Below are positions 29,371-37,374 of a stretch of 64,000 nucleotides of DNA, piece after piece. Numbering within the stretch: the stretch's first letter is position 1; every line of letters begins with the position of its first letter. The notes under the pieces were generated by a model that had not been told where the DNA came from, searched no databases, and saw only the letters and a list, made by a program, of their open reading frames with translations. The position numbers and the translations under genes are program-made. Origin of the DNA: Alphaproteobacteria bacterium (GTDB taxonomy: Bacteria; Pseudomonadota; Alphaproteobacteria; GCA-2731375); assembly GCA_965232515.1 (NCBI GenBank), contig CBDDPY010000002.1:1248001-1312000 (forward strand), written 5' to 3'.

Positions 29371-29373
29371 TGG
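29090..29373 (+). pseudogene. IS5-family transposase C-terminal fragment, frameshifted
   Basis: ADQAYDADAIR then, after a frameshift, WANIPSRRNRRNPICFSAYLYRDRNPVERFFNTIKHCRRIATRYDK...RLWLSAYESTA. Confidence 0.88.
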
Positions 29374-29390
29374 TCCACTGTCACCGTAAT
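29371..29390. repeat. REP-like right arm abutting the IS end
   Basis: CACTGTCACCGTAAT (29376-29390) is identical to 24995-25009. Confidence 0.7.
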
Positions 29391-29422
29391 CAGTTTTTCT
29401 GAGTGGCGAGGCGTCGGGGAAT

Positions 29423-29453
29423 AACGCTATAACAATTGTAATGTTATAACGTT
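29423..29453. promoter_or_regulatory. AT-rich inverted repeat upstream of the second sorting-signal gene
   Basis: AACGCTATAACA-N7-TGTTATAACGTT, 11/12 symmetric, ending 17 nt before ATG 29471. Confidence 0.5.
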
Positions 29454-29470
29454 TTAGGGGTCGAACTCAG

Positions 29471-30295
29471 ATGTTGGTGCGCCTTGCCTTCCTTCTTGCC
29501 TTGATCACTCTCACGCCGGCCGCGGCCGGCGCGGTCGTCTTAACCAGTGGATCGAGCGAGCTGACCATCCAGGAGAGTAACGGCATCGTCACGGTGTGGC
29601 GCATCGAGCCCGGCGGCTCAGACAACGTCTTCCTGTCGTCGTACTACCTGCGCCTCGATGGGCAGAGCGGCGAGAGTTCCTTTCAGGATATCTTCGGCGA
29701 TCCGGTCGTCTCGCAACTCTCCCCTGACCGCCTGAGCCTGAGCTATAGCAACGGCTCGATCGAAGGACGCTTGGACTATGCGATCTTTGGCGGCCTGCCG
29801 TCCGGACGCTCGACGATGGCGCGCTCGGCGACCATCGTCAATCGGGGAACCGACCCACTGAGCTTCACGCTGTTCGACTATACCGATCTCGATATCCGCT
29901 TCGATCCGACCAACCAACGCGACACGGCGGCGCTGACGCAACCTGGCGTGATCGAGACGAACAGCGCATCGGCGCCCATATCGATCGTTACAACGGTGAC
30001 GCCGACGCCCGATCAGTACCAGATCAGCGATTTCATCACGCTGTACCTGGCATTTTTCCTCGACACCGATGGCGCGACGACGTTGCCGAACACACCGGCG
30101 CTCGGGGTGCCGTTCCCCGCTACGCCGGGGGACAATGCCTTTGCCTTCGGATGGGAGGTCTCGCTCGCACCGGGCGAGAGCTTCACGGCGTCTCACAGCA
30201 GCAGGCTCACCACCATTCCCATTCCGGCCACCGTCCTGCTGATGCTGACCGGTCTTGCCGCGCTCGCGTTCGGCCGGCGACGCCTGACGACTTGA
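29471..30295 (+). CDS. VPLPA-/PEP-CTERM-type exosortase-target surface protein
   Basis: Signal peptide, Ser/Thr-rich beta-type body, C-terminal IPIPATVLLMLTGLAALAFGRRR. Confidence 0.85.
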   Translation: MLVRLAFLLALITLTPAAAGAVVLTSGSSELTIQESNGIVTVWRIEPGGSDNVFLSSYYLRLDGQSGESSFQDIFGDPVVSQLSPDRLSLSYSNGSIEGRLDYAIFGGLPSGRSTMARSATIVNRGTDPLSFTLFDYTDLDIRFDPTNQRDTAALTQPGVIETNSASAPISIVTTVTPTPDQYQISDFITLYLAFFLDTDGATTLPNTPALGVPFPATPGDNAFAFGWEVSLAPGESFTASHSSRLTTIPIPATVLLMLTGLAALAFGRRRLTT

Positions 30296-30442
30296 TGGGA
30301 AATGAAATGCGATGGTTGGCCTATGCGCCGCGCGCTCCGTCGCGCCGCAGCTAGATTTCGACCAAATCGACGATTCTGCTACGCTGGTTGCTACCCCAGC
30401 GGTCGCTAAAACCGCGCTTCGTCATCTAAGTCATTGAAAATG

Positions 30443-30518
30443 TGGTGAGCCCGACAGGGATCGAACCTGTGACAACCTGATTAAAAGTCAGGTGCTCTAC
30501 CAACTGAGCTACGGGCCC
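30443..30518 (-). tRNA. tRNA-Lys(TTT)
   Basis: GGGCCCGTAGCTCAGTTGGTAGAGCACCTGACTTTTAATCAGGTTGTCACAGGTTCGATCCCTGTCGGGCTCACCA folds into a full cloverleaf with encoded CCA. Confidence 0.97.
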
Positions 30519-30540
30519 CCAAAGGGAATCGCAGCGGAAA

Positions 30541-31041
30541 CTAGGTCGCCGAGGGGCCGGGGTCAATAGGCCGCGGTACGCCCGTCTCGCGGCGCTGTTG
30601 CAGGTAGGCGCGGACATGCGGGGTCGGGTTGGCGGCGAGCGCGTCGTCGGCTGACATGAATGCCGCCCAGATGACCTCGCGGTTGTCGATGTGGACCGCG
30701 GGGCGGGTCGGCAGCGCCACCTCGAAAATCTCGCAACGGTCCTGGCGGCGGTCCCAGACGACGGTTCGGGCATAGGCGGGGCGGACGTCAGCGGCATCGA
30801 TGCGAACACCGGCCTCCTCGCGGAGCTCGCGCACCGCCGCCACGACGGCGCTCTCGCCCCTGCCGATGTGGCCACCGGGCAGCGTCAGCTGCCGCCGGTA
30901 GGAGTTGCGGATCATCAGCACCGCGCCATCGTGCCAGACCGCGACCGACGCGCCGGACGTCGTCGGCCGGCACACGAGCCACCAGATCCGCAGCAGACGG
31001 AAAGCGAGGCGGTAGGCGAGTTGGTAGAGACGGTCGGTCAT
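30541..31041 (-). CDS. NUDIX hydrolase
   Basis: Nudix box LPGGHIGRGESAVVAAVRELREEAG. Confidence 0.9.
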   Translation of the reverse strand: MTDRLYQLAYRLAFRLLRIWWLVCRPTTSGASVAVWHDGAVLMIRNSYRRQLTLPGGHIGRGESAVVAAVRELREEAGVRIDAADVRPAYARTVVWDRRQDRCEIFEVALPTRPAVHIDNREVIWAAFMSADDALAANPTPHVRAYLQQRRETGVPRPIDPGPSAT

Positions 31042-31080
31042 GGCTTGCAGATCGTCGCGAGTCGCTTCACGGCACCGCCC

Positions 31081-31208
31081 CTGGGTTGCCGGATCAAGTC
31101 CGGCGACGACGACTTCGGTTGTGGCATCGCAACCCCATCGTCATGCCGGCGCAGGCCGGCATCCACGGCTGATTCGGCAGTTGGATCCTGGCCGTCGCCA
31201 GGATGACG
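31081..31208. repeat. Cluster of three REP palindromes
   Basis: CTGGGTTGCCGGATCAAGTCCGGCGACGAC; CGTCATGCCGGCGCAGGCCGGCATCCA; TGGATCCTGGCCGTCGCCAGGATGACG. Confidence 0.85.
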
Positions 31209-31227
31209 ATTGGTGGCGGCGGCGATG

Positions 31228-32937
31228 TCAGTTCCCAAGGAAATCGAAGTCGACGCCGTGGTCGGCCTGGGTGACGTGGTCGGCGTAGAGCTTGGCGTAC
31301 CCGCGGGTGGGGGAGGTGGCGACGAGGGGGGTGTCGGCGCGGCGTTGGGCAAGTTCCGTCTCGTCCACTAAGAGGTCCAGGCGGCGGTCCTTGACGCTGA
31401 GGCGGATGCGGTCGTTGGTGCGTACATAGGCCAGCGGGCCGCCGATGGCGGCTTCGGGGGTGACATGCAGGACGATGGTGCCGAAGGCGGTGCCGGACAT
31501 GCGGGCGTCCGAGATGCGGACCATGTCTTTCAGACCGGTCTGCGCGAGTTTTTTTGGGATCGGCAGGTAGCCGGCCTCGGGCATGGCGGCGGCGCTGCGC
31601 GGGCCGGCGTTCTGCAGGACCATGACGTCGTCGGGTGCGATGTCGAGATCGGAGTCGTCGACGCGGGCGGCGAGGTCTTCGAGCGAGGTGAAGACGACGG
31701 CGCGGGCCTCCTTTTCGAACAGATTGGCGTCGGCGGCGGAGCGTTTCAGGATGGCGCCGCCGGGCGCCAGGCTGCCGAAGAGGGCGACGAGGCCGCCGAC
31801 GGGCTCATACGGTTCGGTCAGCGGGCGGATGACGTCGCGGTCGACCCAGGTGTCGGTCTCGGCCGCGAGGCGCTGTTCCAGGGTCTCGCCGGTGACGGTG
31901 AGGCAGTCGAGGTGCAGGAGCGGCTTCAGCTCGCGCAGGAGCGCGCCCATGCCGCCGGCGACGAAGAAGTCCTCCATGTAGTGGCTGCCCGACGGTTTGA
32001 GGTTGACCAGCACGGGGGTCTCGTCGCTGAGCGTGTTGAGGCGGTCGAGCGAGACGTCGACGCCGACGCGGCGCGCGATGGCGGTCAGGTGGATGATGGC
32101 GTTGGTCGAGCCGCCGACGGCGAGCAGCACGCGCAGCGCGTTCTCGACCGATTTGGCCGTCATGATCCGCGAGGGACGCAGGTCCTGCGCGGCGGCGGCG
32201 AGCGCCTGCATGCCGCTGGCCTCGGCGGCGCGCAGGCGGTCGGCATGCACGGCCGGGATCGCGGCGGTGCCGGGCAGCGCCATGCCCAGCGCCTCGGTGA
32301 TGCAGGCCATGGTGCTGGCCGTGCCCATGACGGCGCAGGTGCCGGCGGTGGTGGCGAGGCCGCCCTCGATCTGCTCGATGCGGGCCTTGTCGATGCGGCC
32401 GCCGCGGTATTCGCCCCACCAGCGCCGGCAATCGGTGCAGGCGCCCAGGCGCTCGCCGTCCTGGCGGTGGGTCAGCATCGGGCCGGCGATCAGGTACACC
32501 GCCGGCAGGTCGGCGGACGCCGCGCCCATGAGCTGGGCCGGCACTGTTTTGTCGCAACCGCCCACCAGGACCACGGCGTCCATGGGCTGGGCCCGGATCA
32601 TCTCCTCGGTGTCCATGGACATGAGGTTGCGGAACATCAGGCTGGTGGGCGAGAGATAGGGCTCGCCCAGCGAGATCGTCGGGAACTCGAGCGGCAGGCC
32701 GCCCGCGGCCAGCACGCCGCGCTTTACCGCCTCGACCAGGTCGGGCAGGTGGCGGTGGCAGTTGTTGAAGCCGCTGTGGGTATTGGTGATGCCGACGACG
32801 GGCCGGTCCAGCATGTCGGTGGAATAGCCCATCGAGCGGGCGAAGGAACGGCGCAGATAGAGCGAGAAGTCGCGGTCGCCGTAATTGGTCAGGCCGCGCC
32901 GCAATCCGCGCGGTTCGTCGTTGTCGTTGCCGGCCAT
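31228..32937 (-). CDS. IlvD/Edd family dehydratase (probably sugar-acid type)
   Basis: FNNCH, GGCDKT, GTCAVMGTASTM, GGSTNA, SDARMSGT; start at MAGNDND (32937). Confidence 0.92.
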   Translation of the reverse strand: MAGNDNDEPRGLRRGLTNYGDRDFSLYLRRSFARSMGYSTDMLDRPVVGITNTHSGFNNCHRHLPDLVEAVKRGVLAAGGLPLEFPTISLGEPYLSPTSLMFRNLMSMDTEEMIRAQPMDAVVLVGGCDKTVPAQLMGAASADLPAVYLIAGPMLTHRQDGERLGACTDCRRWWGEYRGGRIDKARIEQIEGGLATTAGTCAVMGTASTMACITEALGMALPGTAAIPAVHADRLRAAEASGMQALAAAAQDLRPSRIMTAKSVENALRVLLAVGGSTNAIIHLTAIARRVGVDVSLDRLNTLSDETPVLVNLKPSGSHYMEDFFVAGGMGALLRELKPLLHLDCLTVTGETLEQRLAAETDTWVDRDVIRPLTEPYEPVGGLVALFGSLAPGGAILKRSAADANLFEKEARAVVFTSLEDLAARVDDSDLDIAPDDVMVLQNAGPRSAAAMPEAGYLPIPKKLAQTGLKDMVRISDARMSGTAFGTIVLHVTPEAAIGGPLAYVRTNDRIRLSVKDRRLDLLVDETELAQRRADTPLVATSPTRGYAKLYADHVTQADHGVDFDFLGN

Positions 32938-33016
32938 GTCGCTCTCCTCCCGCCCGCTAGGCAGCATCCATGAGCCGTTTATACTATGCGCCGCGCGGGA
33001 CAGGGGAGTGCGGGAC

Positions 33017-35026
33017 ATGCGGGTAGGCGTCGAGGTCGGCGGCACGTTCACGGATCTGGTCGCCATCGAGGGCGGCCGGGTGCGCATCGCCAAGGTGCCG
33101 AGCACGCCCGCCCGGCCGGACGAGGGCGCGCTGGCGGCGTTGACGGCGGGCGATATCGCGCTGGACCAGGTGAGCGACCTGGTACACGGCTCGACCGTCG
33201 CCACCAACGCCATCCTGGAGCGCAAGGGCGCGCCGGTGGCGTTCTTCGTCACAAAAGGCTTTCGCGATCTGCTGCTGCTGCAGCGGCATAACCGGCGGCA
33301 GATCTACGACCTGTTCTACGTCAAGCCGCGGCCGGTGGTGGCGCGGCGCGACAGCTTCGAGATCGACGAGCGGGTTGACGGCGACGGGAACGTCATCACC
33401 GCCATGGACGAGGCGGCGGCGGCCGAGCGAATCGAGGCGGTGCTGGGTTCGGGCCGATACCGCGCAGTGGCGATCTGCCTGCTGAACGCGTTCGCCAACC
33501 CGGCCCACGAGGAGGCGCTGGAACGGTTGATCAACGAACGTTTTCCGGACCTGGCGGTGACGCGTTCGACGCAGGTGACGCGGGAGTTTCGCGAATTCGA
33601 GCGCGCTTCGACGACGACGCTGGCCGCCTATGTACAGCCGGTGATCGACAGCTACCTGACGCGCTTCGAGACGAGCCTGGGCGACGGCGGCTTCGATGGC
33701 CGCTTCTCGGTCATGCAGTCGAACGGCGGCCGGCTTCCGGCGGAAGGCATGTCGAAGAACGCCATCACCTCGCTGTTCTCCGGGCCGGCGGCGGGCGTGA
33801 TCGGCGCGGCGCGGCAGGCCGGCCTGTCGGGGTTCGAGAACATCATCACGCTCGACATGGGCGGCACCAGCACCGATGTCTGCCTGGTGGCGGACGGCAA
33901 GCCGCATCTCGCCGGCGAGACCGAGGTCGACGGTCTGCCGATCCGCACACCGGTGCTGGACATCGTCACGGTGGGCGCCGGCGGCGGCTCCATCGTCTGG
34001 GTCGACGACGGCGGCATGCTGCGGGTCGGCCCGGAAAGCGCCGGGGCCGAGCCGGGTCCGGCCTGCTATGGCCGCGGCGGCGAAGCGCCGACGATCACGG
34101 ACGCGCATATGATCCGCGGCTCGCTCCGGGCGGAGGCGTTTCTGGGCGGACGCATGGCGGTCGACGCCGGGGCCGCGCGCACAGCCTTCGCGCAACTCGC
34201 CGAGCGGTTCGAGATGTCGCCCGAGGAAGCGGCCGACAGCGCGGTACGGATCGCCGATTCCAATATCGTCGGCGCCATTCAGCTGGTCTCGACCGAGCGC
34301 GGGCGGGACCCGCGCGACTATGTGCTGGTGCCGTTCGGCGGGGCGGGGCCGCTGCACGCGGCGCGGGTTGCGGAAGCCCTGGAAATCGCGACGATCTGCG
34401 TGCCGCCGAACGCCGGCGTGCTGTCGGCCTTCGGCCTGCTGGCCGCCGACTATGTGCAGTACGAGACGCGCACGCGGCGGGTGCCGGTCGACGCCGACGC
34501 GCCCGAGACCGTGCGCGCGCAGTTCGCCGAGATGGCGGCCGACGCGCGGCGGAATTTCGCCGCCCTCGGCATCACCGGGGATTTGAAACTCAGCCACACG
34601 CTCGACATGCGCTATGTCGGTCAGGCCTTCGAGGTGCCGGTGGAACTCGATGAGGACGCGCTGGCGGGCCTCACGGCCGACTCGCTGCTGGCGGCGTTCA
34701 ACGCAGCGCACCACCGGGTGTTCGAGTTCGGCGACGCCGGTGGCAACAACGCCGAGATCGTCTCGTTCCGGCTCGGCGTCGCGGCGGCGCCGGGCGACGT
34801 GCCGTCGCTGGCGGAAGAACGTGAAGCTGTCGCGACCGGCGAGACGACCGTGTTCGACGGCGGTGAAGCGCTGAGTTGCCGTTTGATGGCGCGCGGCGAC
34901 TTCGGCGGCGAGACGCTGGCCGGGCCGCTGCTGGTCGAGGACGCGACCTCGACGATCTACGTGCCGAAGGGCTGGCGCGCCGATGTCGACGCCTGCGATA
35001 ATCTGATCATGCGGAGAGAGGAATAA
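33017..35026 (+). CDS. Hydantoinase A / oxoprolinase family protein
   Basis: VEVGGTFTD, HGSTVATN, SGPAAG, DMGGTSTD, GAGGGS. Confidence 0.93.
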   Translation: MRVGVEVGGTFTDLVAIEGGRVRIAKVPSTPARPDEGALAALTAGDIALDQVSDLVHGSTVATNAILERKGAPVAFFVTKGFRDLLLLQRHNRRQIYDLFYVKPRPVVARRDSFEIDERVDGDGNVITAMDEAAAAERIEAVLGSGRYRAVAICLLNAFANPAHEEALERLINERFPDLAVTRSTQVTREFREFERASTTTLAAYVQPVIDSYLTRFETSLGDGGFDGRFSVMQSNGGRLPAEGMSKNAITSLFSGPAAGVIGAARQAGLSGFENIITLDMGGTSTDVCLVADGKPHLAGETEVDGLPIRTPVLDIVTVGAGGGSIVWVDDGGMLRVGPESAGAEPGPACYGRGGEAPTITDAHMIRGSLRAEAFLGGRMAVDAGAARTAFAQLAERFEMSPEEAADSAVRIADSNIVGAIQLVSTERGRDPRDYVLVPFGGAGPLHAARVAEALEIATICVPPNAGVLSAFGLLAADYVQYETRTRRVPVDADAPETVRAQFAEMAADARRNFAALGITGDLKLSHTLDMRYVGQAFEVPVELDEDALAGLTADSLLAAFNAAHHRVFEFGDAGGNNAEIVSFRLGVAAAPGDVPSLAEEREAVATGETTVFDGGEALSCRLMARGDFGGETLAGPLLVEDATSTIYVPKGWRADVDACDNLIMRREE

Positions 35027-35030
35027 CGCC

Positions 35031-36686
35031 ATGGCCGTGAACCCGGTCGACCAGGCCGTGATCGCGCAAGGGCTGATCGCGGCGGCGCGCGAGATGGGCG
35101 TGAAGCTGGTGCGCTCGGCCTATTCGCCCGTCGTGCGCGAGGCGAACGATTGCTCGGCGGCGCTGCTCGACCGGCACGGCAACGTGGTGGCGCAGGCCGA
35201 GCTGATCCCCATGCAGCTCGGGCCGATCGGCACGACGTTCGCGCCTTGCGCCGAGCTTTATCCGCCAGAGACGCTGGAAGAGGGCGATTTCTACATCAAC
35301 AACGATCCCTATCACGGCGGCCAGCACATCCCTGATGTGTTCCTGTTCTCGCCGATTTTCGTGGACGGCGCGCTGGTCGGCTTCTCGGCGACGGTGGCGC
35401 ATCACCTCGATCTCGGCGGCGGCGCGCCGGGCCTGAACCCGGAGGCGACCGACATCCACCAGGAAGGCATCGTCTTCCCGCCGAGTAAGTACAACCTGCA
35501 CCGCGACTGGCACGGCGGGCCGTTCGAGCGGCTGGTGCGCGCCAACATCCGCGTTCCGGAGCAGACCATTGGCGACTTCAACGCCCAGTTCGCGGCGAAC
35601 GCCGCCGGCGCCCGGCGCGTGCAGGGGCTCTGCGCCAAGTTCGGAGCCGAGACCGTGATGGCGGCGATGGACGAGTTGCTGGCCTATTCCGAGCGACGCA
35701 TGCGGGCCGCGATCCGCCAGGTGCCAAACGGCGTTTACCACGGCGAGGACGCGCTGGATGACAACGGGGTCAACGACACGCCGCTGCCGGTGCGGGCGAC
35801 GGTGACGGTCGAGGACGAGACCATCGCGGTCGATTTCACCGGCACGTCAGATCAGGTGAAGACCAACCTGAACTGTCCGTTCGCGTCAACCATCGCGGCG
35901 GCACTGTCGTGCGTGAAGTCGGTCGTGACCAGCCCCGACATCCCCTTCAACGAGGGCAGCAAGCGACCGATCACGGTGACGGCGCCCTATGGCAGCCTGC
36001 TCAATCCGAAGCCGCCGGCGCCGGTCAGGGCGCGCATGCTGTCGGGCTATCGCACGTTCAACGCCACCATGAAGGCGCTGGCGCAGGCGGTGCCGGATAA
36101 AGTGATCGCGGCCGGCTTCGACAGCACCGAGGTGGTGTGCCTCAGCCATTTGGGCGACGACGGCTATCGGATTTACTTGGAGATCTTCGGCGGCGGCTAT
36201 GGCGCCAGCGCCCGGGCCGACGGCTGCGACGCGGTCGACAGCCCGCTGTCGAACTGCGGCAACGTGCCGGTGGAAGCAACCGACATGGAATACGACTTCT
36301 TCCGGATCAGCGACTACAGCCTGCGCAACGATTCCGGCGGCGCCGGCAGGTATCGCGGCGGCCTCGGCTTCTGCCGGGAATACGAGATCCTGAAGGACGG
36401 CGTCACCTTCGCCACCTATTCGGACCGTTTCCGGGTGCCGCCCGAAGGGCTGTTCGGCGGCGACGTGGGCGCGCTCGCGTCGACGCACGTGATCCGCGAC
36501 GGCGAGACCATCCCGCTGTCGTCGAAACAGAGCTTCGAATTGCGCCAAGGCGACCGCCTGGTGATGCTGACCGGCGGCGGCGCCGGCTACGGGGATCCGG
36601 CCGAACGCCGGCAGGACCTGATCGACGACGACGTCGACCAGGGCTTCGTCAGCCCGCCCGGCCCCGGCCGCCAGGCCGCGGAGTAG
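35031..36686 (+). CDS. Hydantoinase B / oxoprolinase family protein
   Basis: AYSPVVRE..D, NDPYHGGQHIPD, HHLDLGG, DSGGAG, GGGAGYGDP. Confidence 0.93.
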   Translation: MAVNPVDQAVIAQGLIAAAREMGVKLVRSAYSPVVREANDCSAALLDRHGNVVAQAELIPMQLGPIGTTFAPCAELYPPETLEEGDFYINNDPYHGGQHIPDVFLFSPIFVDGALVGFSATVAHHLDLGGGAPGLNPEATDIHQEGIVFPPSKYNLHRDWHGGPFERLVRANIRVPEQTIGDFNAQFAANAAGARRVQGLCAKFGAETVMAAMDELLAYSERRMRAAIRQVPNGVYHGEDALDDNGVNDTPLPVRATVTVEDETIAVDFTGTSDQVKTNLNCPFASTIAAALSCVKSVVTSPDIPFNEGSKRPITVTAPYGSLLNPKPPAPVRARMLSGYRTFNATMKALAQAVPDKVIAAGFDSTEVVCLSHLGDDGYRIYLEIFGGGYGASARADGCDAVDSPLSNCGNVPVEATDMEYDFFRISDYSLRNDSGGAGRYRGGLGFCREYEILKDGVTFATYSDRFRVPPEGLFGGDVGALASTHVIRDGETIPLSSKQSFELRQGDRLVMLTGGGAGYGDPAERRQDLIDDDVDQGFVSPPGPGRQAAE

Positions 36687-36690
36687 GCGC

Positions 36691-37155
36691 GTGGCCGACA
36701 TCGACGAACCGACGCCGGCGCTGACGCCGAAAGAAGCCGAGCGCACGATCATCGAAAACCTGCCGCCGGTCGACCATCACGGCGAGATCGTCGAGGCGGT
36801 GGGGCCGGATTCGATCCGCGTGCGGCTGCCGTTCGATCCCAAGTTCGTCGGCGCCGAGCCCTGGCAGGACGGCAGCGGCCAGGTGTTCTCCGGCCCCATG
36901 GTCATGGGCTTCGCCGACACGGCAATGTATTGCTGCGTGATGGCGGCGATGGGCCGGGGGGTGATCCCGGTGATGGTGAACTTCAACATCAATTTCGTGC
37001 GCCCGGCCCAGGCCCGCGACCTGATCGCCGAGGCCCGCATCGTCCGCCGCGGTGGCCGGCTGCACTACCTCGAATGCTGGCTGACCTCCGACGGCGACCC
37101 CGACCCCTGCGCCCACATCACCTCCACCTATCGCGTCTCGCGGCGAGATCGGTAG
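36691..37155 (+). CDS. PaaI family (hotdog-fold) thioesterase
   Basis: SGPMVMGFADTA, NINFVRP, HITSTY. Confidence 0.82.
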   Translation: MADIDEPTPALTPKEAERTIIENLPPVDHHGEIVEAVGPDSIRVRLPFDPKFVGAEPWQDGSGQVFSGPMVMGFADTAMYCCVMAAMGRGVIPVMVNFNINFVRPAQARDLIAEARIVRRGGRLHYLECWLTSDGDPDPCAHITSTYRVSRRDR

Positions 37156-37199
37156 GCAGGGCAACGGATGACACGGTCCGCGACCATGCAGCCTGACTG

Positions 37200-37293
37200 G
37201 TCATCCTGGCGAAGGCCAGGATCCAGCGGCACTAACGCCCGCCTTAGTCGCGCACCGGAAAGGCCCATGGATGCTGGCCTGCGCCAGCATGAC
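37200..37293. repeat. REP pair
   Basis: GTCATCCTGGCGAAGGCCAGGATCCA ... TGGATGCTGGCCTGCGCCAGCATGAC. Confidence 0.85.
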
Positions 37294-37374
37294 AAGTTGG
37301 GTTGGGCCGGATGGGCTTCGCCCCCGCACAGTCTTTGAGAAACCAGTAGTCAGTTCACAGCGAGTATTTCGGGC

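Noticed and set aside
24900-30442. Intact prophage or ICE
   Set aside because: No integrase, replication, structural or conjugation genes
31228-33252. 674-aa dehydratase and 32885 start for hydantoinase A
   Set aside because: The extensions overlap; RBS-supported starts are at 32937 and 33017
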